Origin: Eledone cirrhosa
Lineage: Eukaryota
Reading direction: 5' to 3'
Length of the DNA stretch: 64,000 bases
NCBI GenBank assembly: GCA_964016885.1
Contig: OZ024744.1
Coordinates: forward strand, 45,322,001-45,386,000
The notes beneath the pieces are model-generated. The model made no database searches. It saw only the letters and a list, made by a program, of their open reading frames with translations, and had not been told where the DNA came from. Made by a program: the position numbers and the translations under genes. Positions 1 to 13,059 of this stretch are shown here, in pieces (positions within the stretch are counted from its first letter, which is position 1; each line of letters begins with the position of its first letter).

Positions 1-382
1 TCTATAATTGTCTCATCTTTATTGCTATGAGTGCGTGTTACAACTTGGAAATAAGACATATCTTTTGAAATAATATAATATGTATAATTGGTATTATTTG
101 TTGTAGAATGTGCCAAAAGTAGAAACAATTATTAGTTGTAGAATTGGCGACGAAGTCATTGGTTTTCTGTTCCGAAGTTGAAGTCGCCTGAGAGAGAGTT
201 GCTCTTAATATGTTCACTCCACATGGTGTGGTAAAAATGAAAAGTGGGAGAAGGCAAAATTACATCTTAACTCCTGGACGACTAGCTTTGTAAGAGAATG
301 GGTACTTTCAGTTTCTCAATTTATAGTCTCCATGGGACGTAACTCTCATTAACTCTCCTTCTCACCCCAAGGGGTCACTACA
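1..382 (-). repeat. 3' LTR of Gypsy element 1 (truncated by window edge)
   Basis: Direct-repeat match to ~4958-5330. On - it starts TGTAGTGACCCC and follows a purine-rich PPT-like stretch (GGAGGAACG, ~386-394). Confidence 0.9.
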
Positions 383-592
383 ATACGTTCCTCCAGACGA
401 TAGGCGAACAACCCGAAGGTAATTGTAGCGAACCCGCAAGAATGGGATCAAGGCAAAGGTATGAAAAAGGTATATGCATATACAATACACAAAAAAGACA
501 CTCTATAGTTAAAGAAGACTTTCAACTGTTTAGGAACAAGGTAAAGAAAAGCATGTAATACACAATACAAAAAAGGCTCCATAGTGGCCAGT

Positions 593-1930
593 TCAGATGA
601 AAACTGTTTGACAAAGTCTTTTGGGCCAGTGGACTCTTCGACCAGAACGGGTCGTGGTCTGGTATGTAGGTGAAGGTGGGACAGAAGGAGCAGGTGTATG
701 TACAATAGAGAAAGATGGGAGTATTAGTGGCTCAGGCGTATGAGCGTCTGTGAATGCCCTTTTCAGTCTGTCAACCCAAATTGTCTCTCTGGATCCCTTA
801 ATGTCTACCGTAAAATGTTTGTCAGCACGTGCTAACACATGGTAGGGTCCAGAGTACGGTTCTGTGAGCGGTGGTCTAACAGCGTGGTCTCTGACAAAGA
901 CATGTGTCCACGAGGCAATATCCCTCGGGACTGCAATTTTAATAGTTTGTTTCCTGGTATCCATAGGCGGTAAGTCCTGAAAATATGAGCGCAAACGAGA
1001 TATGTAGGAAAGGGGATCTTGATTAGCAAGATCGACAGGTGCAAGCATTTGCCCATGCAACGCTAGAAGGGCACCATACAATAATTCAGCCGGGGAGAAC
1101 CCAAGGTCCTCCTTTATTGAAGACCGAATTCCTAACAACACAATAGGAAGGTACTCGCTCCAACGTAGAGAGTCTGGATAGGCACGAAGAGCGGTCTTTA
1201 ATTGGCGGTGAAAACGCTCCACAATTCCGTTTGAAGCAGGATAAGATGTGGTCCGAATGCGTTGAGTGCCAATAATTTTTGTTAACTCCGAGAAAAGATG
1301 TAATTCAAATTGCCTACCACGGTCTGTAGCAATTGTGGTTGGCACGCCATAGCGGGCAATCCACGTGTGGGCACGCGCTATTGTGTCGGCGGTAATGTCC
1401 TTTAAGGAGATGGCTTCAGGCCATCGCGAAAAACGATCAATGCAGGTCAAAAGGTAAGAATATCCACTACTGACTGGCCAAGGTCCAACGATATCGATGT
1501 GGATGTGTCGAAAACGAGCATCCGGAGTACTGAAAGTACCAAGTGGAGTCCGGATGTGTCTGTGGACTTTAGATTTTTGACACTGTATACAGGAACGGCA
1601 CCAAGCAATAATTTCGAGCCTCATATTTGGCCAGAAAAATCTCGCCGTTATGAGCTTTACTGTGGCTGAAGATCCTGGGTAAGAAATGCTGTGCAAAGCA
1701 AGGAACACAATTCGACGGTGAGTCTCGGGAACATAAGGTCGTGGTGAATCCGTAGATACATCGCAGAGAATCTGCCTGTCGGTAGTCGACAAGGGCAGAT
1801 ATTTCAGGTTGCAAGTCGCAAATTCGGCTGATGAAGTATCCAACGATTCGAGTGCAGGTTGGTCTGCTGCCAAACGACTTAAATCTATCTCCTGGGATGA
1901 CGAAATCGAGCTGATTGGCAAGCGTGACAA
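593..1930 (-). pseudogene. pol: Gypsy integrase region
   Basis: Degenerate HHCC zinc finger (ALHSISYPG...CIQCQ). DDE core: HIDIVGP, TDRGRQF, NGIVERFHRQLK. GPY/F motif: PYSGPY. Confidence 0.9.
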
Positions 1931-1949
1931 GGCGTCTGCAGCTGTATTT

Positions 1950-3422
1950 AGTGAGCCTGAAATGTGCTGGATATCATTGGTAAACTACGAAATGTAATAG
2001 AGGTCCCTTGTCTCTCTGGGCGAATATATGTCGGCTTTAGCCCTCAAAATGAAGGTCAGACGTTTGTGGTCAATGAAAACCGTAAAATTTCTTCCCTCAA
2101 CAATATGAGACAGATATATGGCTATTTACTCCCGACCAAACGTGTTGTAACGGGTTTCTGCCGGTTTCAGCTTCCTGGAGAAAAATGCCAAAAGTTGTTT
2201 GTGTTCAGCGTTATACTGTTGTAAAACTGCCCCCACAGCGGTATCAGATGCATCGACACAAAGCGAAAGCTTGGCATCGGGTACTGGGTGGGCTAGCAAA
2301 GATGAATTAGCAAGTGTTGTCTTGGCAGTCTGGAAATCTTCGAGTTGTGCTTGTGTCAAGGAAATATCATCATTCTTCTTACGCCGATCTTTCAAAATCT
2401 CGGTAAGGGAAAACAGTAATTTTGCACATTGAAGAACGAAACGACTATAAAAAATGACTAGGCTTAGGAAGTGTCGCAACTGGCGAAGTGAGGTAGGCAG
2501 AGGTAAATCCTGTATAGCCTTAACTCGCTGTGGAAGGGGTCGAATACCCTCGGCGTCGATGATGTCATCTAAAAAATTCAGTGAAGCGGATCCGAAAACA
2601 CACTTTGCGGGATTCACTCGAACGCGGTAATTCTGGAGTCGGCAAAATAAAAGGTTCATGTGACGCATATGCTCTTCTGGAGAGGAACTAACGACGAGAA
2701 GATCATCTATATATGCATAAACGAACTCCAACCCACGAGTGACCTCGTCTATGAACCGCTGAAAAGTGCTAGCGGCATTTCTGAGTCCGAAAGGCATGTT
2801 TAAAAACTCGAAGGATCTGAAAGGAGTCGTAATAGCTGTTTTCGGGATGTCTTACTTCCTGACTGGTATTTGGTGGTAAGCTCGCACTAAATCGAGTTTG
2901 GAGAAAATCTTACAACCCTGCAAAATCATGGAGGTGGGCAATAGGATATCTATCCGGGACTGTCATCGCGTTTGATCTCCTATAATCCCCAATGGGTCTC
3001 CATTCGCCAGAAGTCTTGGGCACCATATGTAACGGGGAAGCCCAAGGACTTGCAGATGGGTGAATAATGCCCAGCTGCGGCATATGGTCGAACTCGGACC
3101 GTGCTGCCTTTAACTTGTCCGCCGGTAAACGACGTGGACGTGAAAATACTGGAGCACTGGTTGTGGAAATAAAATGTTCGGTTGAGTGAGTTGGCTCGGT
3201 AACTCGAACATTTCCATTGATGAGCTCCGGGAACGATTCTAACAACGAATGGTAGGCGTTTCCAGCGGCAGCGATGAAGTAGGTTGGGTTAACTGTTGAA
3301 ACACCGCCTCTTCGGCCCCGAATTGAGAAACCTGTGATGTCATCAACTAGACGTTGGCCTCGGACATCCACAGTCAAGGAGAAATTGTGGAGGAAATCTG
3401 CTCCAAAGATTGGGTATGGCAA
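1950..3422 (-). pseudogene. pol: Gypsy reverse transcriptase/RNase H region, frameshifted
   Basis: [38 protein letters not shown]; RNase H start VDASDTAVGAVLQQ. Confidence 0.9.
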
Positions 3423-3680
3423 GTCAGCGACCGTAAAAATCCATTTAAAATCCTTACGAAGATTTTGGAATTTGAGGGGAAGCGAGATTTGTCTGTACGT
3501 CTTTATAGGCGAGTAGTTAACGGCCTGCAGAGTAACGGATGACTCCGCGGGGCTATCCTTTAGGCCATGGACCGGCCAAATACGACAGAGGCTCCTGTAT
3601 CCACGAGGAAGGCTCTTTCAGACAGGAGGTCCTTGATGAAGAAGTGGCGGTTTGGGTGCTTTACGCTGAGGTCGACTGCC
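3420..3680 (-). pseudogene. Gypsy aspartic protease region
   Basis: The minus strand near 3570-3640 reads [21 protein letters not shown], containing the DTG active site. Confidence 0.8.
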
Positions 3681-3699
3681 GCCCTCAGCGAAACTCTCT

Positions 3700-4552
3700 G
3701 TCGTTTCCCGACTTCACAAAAGAACAAGGCTGTACACAGTGGTTCGCGTTCTCAGCAAAAGGCTCGTGGTGCCAGCATAAATATGAAGCTGGTGACCTGG
3801 GGCGGTGTCTGAAAGAGGTAGATCTACCGCGGCTGCGTGAGCGTGAACGAACATTACCAGAGGCCTACAGCTTCTGTAGCTCCAGTGTGAGTTCTTGAGT
3901 AGCTTTTTGCATAGCCATCATAGCTGCGCTGTCTGCATGAGATGCCGCGCAGGTGGTATGTCCAGGTGTGGCCTGAGCTGGGGGGAGAAACAGTAGCAAG
4001 GGCCTAGCTGCCTCCAGCACCCGTGACCTCAAAAACCTTGTCCGCAGAGAGGGCCAGTTGGTCCACAGAACATGTATCCCTAATGGGGGCAAAAATTGCT
4101 TGAACGTTGGTCGGTAGCCGCGAGAGAAACAACTGCTTCAACATTGCGGTTTCCGCTACCGACCCCTCTGTTAGGTCTTTCATCGGACGTAAGAGGTCCG
4201 ATGGAGTGCCATCCCCGATATGCTCTAAATGGACCAGAGCTCTAAAGCGTTCCTCGGCGGACTGTGCAGTCCGGCTGAGTATTTCCGCCTTCAACGACTT
4301 GTAAGTAGTGTCAGTCAGTGTCTCCAATACGAGATCCTTAATAATTGGGAGAAGTGCTGGAGGAATGGCACTAAGGACGAGGGGACGTTGCTGTGCCTCA
4401 GCGATGTTGTTAGCCTCGAAAAATGCTTCCATTTCAGCGAACCATAATTTCACGTCACCCGTATAAGTAGGGAGAATAGATTGAACTCCCATTGGTGCAA
4501 TCTCAGTAAGCGGCAACATGCGTCTCCGTAAAGAAAAATACTTCGAACCCAA
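3700..4552 (-). pseudogene. gag: Gypsy gag
   Basis: ORF 4004..4552 (WFAEMEAFF...YKSLKAEILSR...LKQLFLSRLP) resembles invertebrate Gypsy gag. It lies between the PBS and the protease. Confidence 0.75.
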
Positions 4553-4830
4553 GGGAAAGAGAAAATAAACCTTCTTGTTTTTGTTTGCTTGTTTGTTTTT
4601 TGATTTTCTTCAATATCCGAAATATTGTATAAGTGAGCGACTAAGCAAACAATGGCATTATCTATACATCTACAGAGAACTTAAAACAAAAACCAACATG
4701 GCGCACGGTTTCGGGCCAAAAAAACTGTCGAAGAAGAAAGCCGCCATCTTGACAACTTCAAAAATTTCACCAAAGAAAAAAAAAACGTCAAACACTTGTT
4801 TTTTTTTAAATGGTATATTTTCCATATACC

Positions 4831-4846
4831 CACGTCTGGGTCACCA
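4831..4846 (-). promoter_or_regulatory. Primer binding site, tRNA-Trp
   Basis: TGGTGACCCAGACGTG differs by 1 base from the complement of the eukaryotic tRNA-Trp 3' end (TGGTGACCCCGACGTG). It sits 3 nt inside the 5' LTR. Confidence 0.85.
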
Positions 4847-4849
4847 CTT

Positions 4850-5330
4850 TAACAAGCATAAAAGTTCATCGATTTTTATTTAGTGTTTACGTTATTTGGT
4901 CATAAATTTAGGAATAAAGTAATTAAATGAGACATGATGAAATATCTCACACGAGTGTCTATAATTGTCTCATCTTTATTGTTATGTGTGTTTGTTACAA
5001 CTTGGAAATAAGTCATACCTTTTGAAATAATATAATATGTATAATTGGTATCATTAGTTGTAGAATTGGCGACGAGGTGAGAGAACAAGTTAGTCTCCAC
5101 ATGGTGTTATTGGTTTTCTGTTCCGAAGTTGAAGTCGCCTGAGAGAGAGTTGCTCTTAATATGTTCACTCCATATGGTGTGGTAAAAATGAAAAGTGGGA
5201 GAAGGCAAAATTACATCTTAACTCCTGGAAGGCTAGCTTTGTAAGAGAGGAGGTACTTTCATGTTCTCAATTTATAGTCTCCATGGGACGTAACTCTCAT
5301 TAAGTCTCCTCGCTCCAAGGGGTCACTACA
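4850..5330 (-). repeat. 5' LTR of Gypsy element 1
   Basis: ~480 bp reading TGTAG...TGTTA on -. Homologous to 1-382. Confidence 0.9.
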
Positions 5331-6610
5331 ACTGTATGCCACACCACACTACAATATACCACACCACAGTATACCACACCACACTATAATATACCACACC
5401 ACACTACAATATACCACACCACAGTACATATTACCACACTACACTGCAATATCAACACCACACCACACTACCACACCCCACGCCACACTACAATATAGAA
5501 AACCACACTACCCTTTACCATATCACATTGGATTGGCAGTATCGATAGAGGGTCTGACGCCATGTCTTGCAGCAAAGAGTTAGGGCCCCTTATAGTCTGA
5601 GTTCAAATCTCGCCGAGGTTAACTTTGCCTTTCATCCTTACGGGGTCGATAAAATAAAGTACCAGTAATACACTGATATAATTGCTGACCTTATGCCAAA
5701 AGTAGAAACAATTACTATGTACCACCCCACACTACAATATACCACACCACATCACACGCCACCATTCCACACCACACCATACTACAGTATACCACACCAC
5801 GCTACATTATACCACACTACACTACAATACACCACACCATACTACAGTATACCACACCACGCTACAATGTACCACCCCACACTAATGATATCACATGACA
5901 CTACACTATACCACACCTCATACAATATAACACACCACACTGCACCACTCCACACTACAAAATACCACACCACACTACAATACAATATACCACACCATAG
6001 TATACCGCATACACTACAGCATACCACAACACACTACAGTATACGTAACCACTCAACACTATACAACACTACACTACAATATACCACACCGTACTACAAT
6101 ACACCACACCACATTATACCTTACTACACTACAATATACCACACCACACTACAATATACCACACCACATTACAAAATACCACACCGTACTACAATATACC
6201 ACACCAGACAACATTATACCTTACTACACTACAATATACCACACCACACTACAATATACCACACCACATTACAAAATACCACACCGTACTACAATATACC
6301 TTACTACACTACAATATACCACACCACACTACATTATACCTTACTACACTACAATATACCACACCACACTACAATATACCACACCACACTACAATGTACC
6401 ACACCACACTACAATGTACCACACCACACTACAATATACCACACCACACTACAATATACCACACCACACTACAATGTACCACACCACACTACAATGTACC
6501 ACACCACACTACAATATACCACACCACACTACAATATACCACACCACACTACAATATACCACACCACACTACACTTCAATAAACGAGACTACACTACAAT
6601 ATACCACACC
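5331..6610. repeat. C/A-rich pentamer-based satellite (20-mer CACACCACACTACAATATAC), interrupted by a SINE
   Basis: Visible tandem repeat; same family as 51120-64000. Confidence 0.95.
5529..5714 (+). mobile_element. tRNA-derived SINE
   Basis: A-box-like TGGCAGTATCG, B-box GAGTTCAAATC, central GCCTTTCATCCTTACGGGGTCGATAAAATAAAGTACCAG, tail GCCAAAAGTAGAAACAATTA. Repeated elsewhere in the window. Confidence 0.9.
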
Positions 6611-6695
6611 ACGCTTTTCCAGCGCGTCTCCCTTGCCGTCGTCCGGGAAAACGCCTTCTCCATTCTGTCCACCGGGGCTGTGGGGAGGCCACCGA
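6611..6695 (+). mobile_element. Extreme 3' end of a CRE-clade non-LTR retrotransposon
   Basis: Encodes LFQRVSLAVVRENAFSILSTG, matching the C-terminus at 7940-8263. Confidence 0.75.
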
Positions 6696-6805
6696 TATGA
6701 TTAACTCACTTATCATTTTATCAGTCAGATACACACATATATATATACTGAATAATTTTTTAAATAATAAAGTTAGTTATTGTTTAGGAAAAAACAAACA
6801 AAAAA

Positions 6806-7220
6806 TAACACTGAACATAAAGTATGTCCCCCACCCGAAAAAGCAGTGGATTCGGCTGCTATTTCTAGCAAGTGGACCATCTCATTAACTAGACTGAGAC
6901 ACATTTCAATATTAAAACAGAACACCCAGACACCTGCAGTGAAACGAAGTTAGTTGTTGTTGAAAATAAACAGGACAGAATAGTTAATTGAGATAGATAT
7001 AAAATCTACTTTACTTCAGTTAGAGAAAGAAAAAGGAATATGATTACTACTAATCATAAAAGTACAAAGTTGTATGTAAACATTAAAAATGAATACCAGG
7101 CTATCGTCCGCCATTACTATCACCATAGAAGTTGAACGCCAAGTGACCAGGGAAGGTGTCGTCTCTTTTTTGACAGAAAATTCTCTCTCTCTCCTCATTC
7201 CATGACAGCCTATTTATCGA
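6806..7220 (-). repeat. Partial solo LTR (family of Gypsy element 2)
   Basis: Homologous to 14914-15476 and 20468-21036. Similarity stops at ...TTCAGTGTTA on -. Confidence 0.75.
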
Positions 7221-7269
7221 AAGCTGGTTATTATTTGCTCAAAGGTTATTATTTGCTCAAAGGAGCGCA

Positions 7270-7545
7270 TATACTGGAGAAGAGAGAGCCCTTCGCCTGT
7301 CCAGTCGTTCGGGGCCTGCTCAAGTTATATGGTCACATCAGGTTTGGCTGACTTGCCGAGGACCTCACTGACGAGTTTCTGACTGGAGGGGGTTGAGGAG
7401 AGATAGGTCAGCAGTGCCAAATCCGAAGCGGATCGAAGGCCGAGGCCACCGAACCTCACTCAAAGCTTCACCTCTTCCCAGTCGGTGCAGTCGAAACTGA
7501 CATTGCAGATGAGTTTTGCACAACGTCGGATGGTGGCTTGAAAGC
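7270..7545 (-). mobile_element. CRE-clade LINE fragment (post-RT region)
   Basis: Reverse complement matches 13670-13925 (TIRRCAKLICNVSFD...). Confidence 0.75.
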
Positions 7546-7909
7546 ATTTGCAATGCCTATATGTCGTGCCTATCTTCGAGTCTTTGACCTTTTTATGGGT
7601 TCTCCATGATTTCATTTCATTAGGACTGCAAGTGAATGTTATAAATATACAGCGCTACCTACTGCTTTTGCATTGAGTACTCCTTCATTATTTAGAGAAT
7701 CTTTTAAAAACGAATACTCTCCGACCTTTAGCTTAGTTTGGTACTGTTTAATATACAATAATCGTTGAAACTCAATTTTGGAATACATATCAACTAAATA
7801 TATTTGGAAAAAATGATTTACATCTTACAATTTTATTCCAAATGATTTAACAGAACTACATAGTTCAGCATAACTTGATCTTTTTACTTCAGTTACAATT
7901 TCTTGTACC

Positions 7910-8684
7910 TCCCTATTCTGAGAATCTCTCTCGCCCTCCCTATCTCTCTGTATGGTGAGCAAATGGGGTCCCACGTGCTGGCCTCCCCACAGCCCCGGCG
8001 GACAGAATGGAGAAGGCGTTTCCACGCAGGATGGCTAGAGAGATGCGCTGGAAGAGCCATTCCATCTTACGAGGCTCACACCGGCGGCTGTGCAGCTCAG
8101 CGCCTATGGCGGTGAGTAGGGAGGTAGCCTTGGGGCCAAGGACACTAGAAGTCTCCACTGCCAAGAGCACGACCGCGAACAGGTCGGAGAACGACCGGTA
8201 CTTGGAGAGCTTGGCCTCCTCATCCCGACGTGCAGCAGAACCTGGGTTAGTCGCAGACTGCACCAGGTTGTGGTTGGAGAAAGTGTCGTTGCAAGTGGCA
8301 TCCCAGAGGAGGGAACAAGAAGATGGTCATACCTTCCGGCCTTTTGCCGTCACCTCGGTTCAGCCCCACCGACTCGAGCTGGGAGGGGAAGCCTGCAGCG
8401 TCCAATCAAATCTTTATGATCTCGTTGGGGGCAGCATGGCATGAAAGGCGGCCGGCACTGTGAAAACAGGAAAACGGGTGGAGGCCGAAATACTCCACGG
8501 TGGATCCACAGCGATATTTGTGTGGCTCGAAGATCAGGAGGCCAAACCTCAGGGAAAGGCCAATGCGCAGGCTATCGTTATCCAGCTGTGTGCCAGTGGA
8601 GAAGGAGGGCATGGCATGGAACCAGTCACCACTGTGGGGTTTTGAGGCCGCGCCAAAACAGGCATGGCGGTGCTGGAAATTCAT
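7910..8684 (-). mobile_element. CRE-clade LINE 3' fragment with restriction-like endonuclease
   Basis: SGDWFHAMPS, CGSTVE...HPFSC...CH zinc knuckle, RP(E)G region, WDATC, LAVETSSVLG, WLFQRISLAILRGNA; frameshifted. Confidence 0.85.
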
Positions 8685-8859
8685 AACATTTACTTTCTCA
8701 ACATATATTCATGAAAATTACTGAAAATCCCAGCATCTGAGGAGTTCTTCCATGTTTGTTTTGGAGAGTTTTCTAACATATTCTGAAATCTCTAAAACAT
8801 AGACTTGTTATTGATTTGATCAGGATCCCTCCATCTCCTCCTCTTCCTCCTTCTCCTTC

Positions 8860-9065
8860 TCCTTCTCCTTATCCTTCTTCTTCTTCTTCCAGTTATTCTT
8901 GTGAGGGTCATGGAGACAGAGTCCTCAATCACGCCTTCCAGAGGTTCCTGTCAGAAGCAACAGAGCTCATGGGTGTTACTTCCCTTAAAACACGTTAACA
9001 TACAAACATAATGTCCTCCAACGTTTGTTTTGTTCTTCCTCGACAATATCCAGCTGGAACTCCTC
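8860..9065 (-). mobile_element. Possible RTE-clade LINE 3' end with (GAA)n tail
   Basis: On - a degenerate RGR..QTL/W segment is followed by a short UTR and a GAA repeat. Confidence 0.35.
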
Positions 9066-9089
9066 TCCGCTGATTTTATGTCTTTGGTC

Positions 9090-11060
9090 CTGTTATTCCC
9101 AGATCCTGAAAGTTGTTTCATGATATTGTAGGTAGATTTACCTACAAAACCTCTTGTTCCAACTTCTATGGTGATAACTTTGAGCCAGAAATTGACTTCC
9201 CCCTGGCTATTGTCCCAACGTATTTTCGGTGTTAAACACGTGCCTCTTCTAGTCTACTGATGCAAGGTGAGTTGAATCAAAATCACATGTTTTGATGAAC
9301 TGGAATGGAGTATGATATCCGGCCTCAAGCCATTCTTTCTGGTGATTTCTAGTTGCTTTACCGATTCGGTGATGTGTGATGTACACACCCAGTCCTCTGT
9401 ACCACCCAGAAGACTCTATTCCCGTGCCCTGTATGATAGAGCTACTCCTGGCCATGATTTTCTGCTCCCTCTCGTGTAGAAGGTTGTTGGAGATTCTGTA
9501 CTGCGGATTTTACATTAGCTATACTTACCTCATGTACGATCACCTTAAGATTGTGTTTCTATGTGTATCTTCCTTGGGCTAGTGCTACTCTGTATTAGGT
9601 CAGAATGTGTTCCACTATCTGTCTACCCTGGCAGAATGGGCACTCAAGGTTATTTGATTTTCCCCACTTCACTAGGTCCACATTCGATGGCAGGATACCA
9701 TAGAGAGATCTGAGGAGTAAATTGAACACAAGATGTGCTATATGTCACACGTCATTCCGAAATACTCTGGATTGCACATTCCCACGTCATCCATTGGCCC
9801 TGTCGATTCTACTGTACTGTCTTCTGGCATCTTCTTCTTTGTTCACCCCGTGTAAAATCATATCTCTCTTCATCTTTTCCCTAGCCTCTTACCCCTCTGC
9901 CCATGAATATGAGTGTGTCCCATATTTTCTTTGCATCTACCGTCTCATAAACTTTCCACTTACTGCCTGCCATCAGCTTTCACCAAATCGCTTTCACGAC
10001 ATTGTCTTGCGAGTCATCAAGCTTGCTCAAGAGCCTTGCTTTACCGACGTTGTATTCCTCAACGATGGCTTTGAGATGTAGCCTCAACTTGGCCTGGCGA
10101 CAGTAGAGTGCAACATCTGTGAGACTTGGTGGGACACCAAACAACTTGTATCCTTGTTGATTTTGACCGTCATAACTTCCACTGTACTGGAGCTAATATC
10201 ATATTTTAGCAGATATCTGAGAAGCTTTGGGATCAACGTAAACTGCAAACACTAAACCACGTGTTTGCTAGAGAAGTCACATTGGTCTATGACATGCAGA
10301 ACTTTTCCAACAACAGCTTGGTTCCGGTTTCTCTTTGGCCTTCAGAGAGTCATTATAATATCTCCCGAGGCTTTTGCTAATACAAATGGTATAGGTTAGA
10401 TTACACAGCCTATTGCTAACCTCTCAATTGATCCAGAAGAACCACATTGAGAACCCATGATAATAGTTCTTTAGCAATTCCCTGATGTTCTTTGGAACAT
10501 GATAGATCTTGAGAGCAAGTTGGATCATCTTGTATGGGATCAAACTGTAGGTACTAGCCAGATCAATCCACACCTCATCAAGATCTCTCTTTAGCAGCTT
10601 TAGTTCTTAGATTGCTTCCCAAACCATTAAGGCATGCTCTGAACAACCAGACTCTCCATGGATGACTCTCCCTTCTGACATGACATATTCAAGTACTTAT
10701 TCTCTGTGAGGTCTCTAGTTAGCCTAGCTGCCATAACAATGAAGAATGTTCTTCCTTCAATGTTCAGATGTGTTTTTGGTCTGAATTGGTTTATCCCGCT
10801 TGAGTTCTGCTCTTTCAGAATGTACATACCTTTTGTTCTCATCTATTGGTCACTGATCTTGAAGCTCTTCCAGGCAGATCTTATCATTTTGTGGAGCAAG
10901 TCAAGGACTCTGGGACATTTCTTGTACAATAGATAGGGTATTACGTTTAGCCCCGGTAATGATTTACCCTTGCTTTCCTAACCACCTTCCTTACTTTACC
11001 CAGAGTTTGGTGGCCTGTCATCGAACGATTCCTCTGGCCCAGAGGGCCACACCAGACCCT
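9090..11060 (-). mobile_element. HERO-like (restriction-like endonuclease) non-LTR retrotransposon, decayed
   Basis: RT N-terminal segment YILKEQNSSGINQFRP..LNIEGRTFF..LTENKY..CQKG. Zinc knuckle LVKWG..ECPFCQG..VEHIL near 9600-9680. Endonuclease end IEVGTRGFVG near 9130-9180. Confidence 0.75.
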
Positions 11061-11061
11061 G

Positions 11062-12155
11062 GTATAATATGTATATATCTAGTGTCTGTATGTGTCTGTT
11101 TATGTATATGTATGTGTATATATGTGTATGTATGTAATATGTATATATTTAGTGTCTGTATGTGTCTGTGTATGTATATGTAGGTGTAGATATGTGTATG
11201 TATGTAATATGTATCTATCTAGTGTCTGGATGTGTCTGTTTATGTATATGTAGGTGTATATAAGTGTATGTATGTAATATGTAACTATCTAGTGTCTGGA
11301 TGTGTCTGTTTATGTATATGTAGGTGTAGATATGTGTATGTATGTAATATGTATATATCTAGTGTCTGGATATGTCTGTGTATGTATATGTAGGTGTAGA
11401 TATGTGTATGTAACATGTAACTATCTAGTGTCTGTGTACGTCTGGTTATGTATATGTAGGTGTAGATATTTGTATGTATGTAATATGTATATATCTAGTG
11501 TCTGTATGTGTCTGTGTATGTATATGTAGGTGTAGATATGTGTATGTATGTAATATGTATATATCTAGTGTCTGTATGTGTCTGTTTATGTATATGTAGG
11601 TGTAGATATGTGTATGTATGTAATATGTATATATCTAGTGTCTGTATGTGTCTGTGTATGTATATGTAGGTGTAGATATGTGTATGTATGTAATATGTAT
11701 ATATCTAGTGTCTGTATGTGTCTGTTTATGTATATGTAGGTGTAGATATGTGTATGTATGTAATATGTATATATCTAGTGTCTGTATGTGTCTGTTTATG
11801 TATATGTATGTGTAGATATGTGTATGTATGTAATATGTATATATCTAGTGTCTGTATGTGTCTGTTTATGTATATGTAGGTGTAGATATGTGTATGTATG
11901 TAATATGTATATATCTAGTGTCTGGATGTGTCTGTTTATGTATATGTAGGTGTAGATATGTGTATGTATGTAATATGTAACTATCTAGTGTCTGGATGTG
12001 TCTGTTTATGTATATGTAGGTGTAGATATGTGTATGTATGTAATATGTATATATTTAGTGTCTGGATGTGTCTGTGTATGTATATGTAGGTGTAGATATG
12101 TGTATGTAATATGTATATATTTAGTGTCTGGATGTGTATGTATATGTATGTGTGT
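11062..12155. repeat. 60-bp minisatellite, ~18 copies, built from TATG/TGTA motifs
   Basis: Consecutive 60-nt lines are nearly identical (e.g. 11521-11820). Confidence 0.95.
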
Positions 12156-12189
12156 TTCTTTGTGACCAGTTTTTTTTTATATGAATTTG

Positions 12190-12519
12190 TCACCAGATAT
12201 TCGCGGGGTTACGTTCCTAGAGCACCCGCGAAGAGTGGAAAACCGCGAATATGGAACGTGGTCCATAAAATCCCTATAAACGTCAAAATATAACGTACAA
12301 TATAATAAAAAAAAGTGGGAGCGTCCAATAGGCCGGCCAATATGGTATAATGTTCTTGATAATTTAGAGTTAAAAATATATATATTGCCACGAAAAAAGC
12401 CATAAAAACATCATGGCAGATATCTACGACTCCGCGAATATACGGTGGTTTCCACAAACAATTATTATTTAGGTTCTCAGGAAAATAACCGCGACCGCGA
12501 ATGTCGGACATACACTGTA
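12190..12519. mobile_element. Tc1/pogo (Tigger-like) MITE, left end eroded
   Basis: Right end ...CCGCGAATGTCGGACATACACTG followed by TA. An inverted match ATTCGCGG lies at ~12199. Subterminal CCGCGAA motifs are repeated. Confidence 0.55.
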
Positions 12520-12823
12520 CTTCAAAATAGTCTGAGCTATGTTTACGGCCAGACTGTGGCACTAATTACCTAAGGACTGGTTTTCAGAGAATAAATGAAA
12601 TATCAGGCTAAATTGTATGACAATTATTTATTTGGAAATGTAAATAATTATATAATATATACAGAACAATGTTATTTTACAAGATTTAAGATAAACTAGG
12701 TGTAGATATAATTAGAGTTGTTTTTAATAGAAAATATAAGTGATTATTTGTACGTGTATCAGAGACCTTTGTCTCCTCATCTACTGATAACTTACCGCTA
12801 TGATTCAACTTGTATTACATTAT

Positions 12824-13012
12824 TGGATTGGCAGTATCGGTAGAGGGTCGGACGTCATGCTTTGCAGCAAAGAGTTACGGCCCTTTATGGTCTGAGTTCA
12901 AATCCCGCCGAGGTTAACATTGCCTTTCATCATTACGGGGTCGATAAAATAAAGTACCAGTAATACACTGGGATAATTGCTGGCATTGTGCCAAAAGTAG
13001 AAACAATTATTA
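12824..13012 (+). mobile_element. tRNA-derived SINE
   Basis: Same family as 5529-5714. Confidence 0.9.
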
Positions 13013-13059
13013 AGAACGTAGTTTTAACACTTCAAGATCCTAGTAGAAGCTAGCTGTAA

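Larger units (their letters stand above)
1..5330 (-). mobile_element. Gypsy/Ty3 LTR retrotransposon 1, frameshifted and non-functional
   Basis: Two LTRs, a PBS, and gag-PR-RT-RH-IN order on -, split across several ORFs by stops and frameshifts. Confidence 0.93.

Noticed and set aside
5529-5714. tRNA gene
   Set aside because: A and B boxes are present but there is no cloverleaf. It continues into a shared body and tail and is dispersed with TSDs, so it is a SINE.
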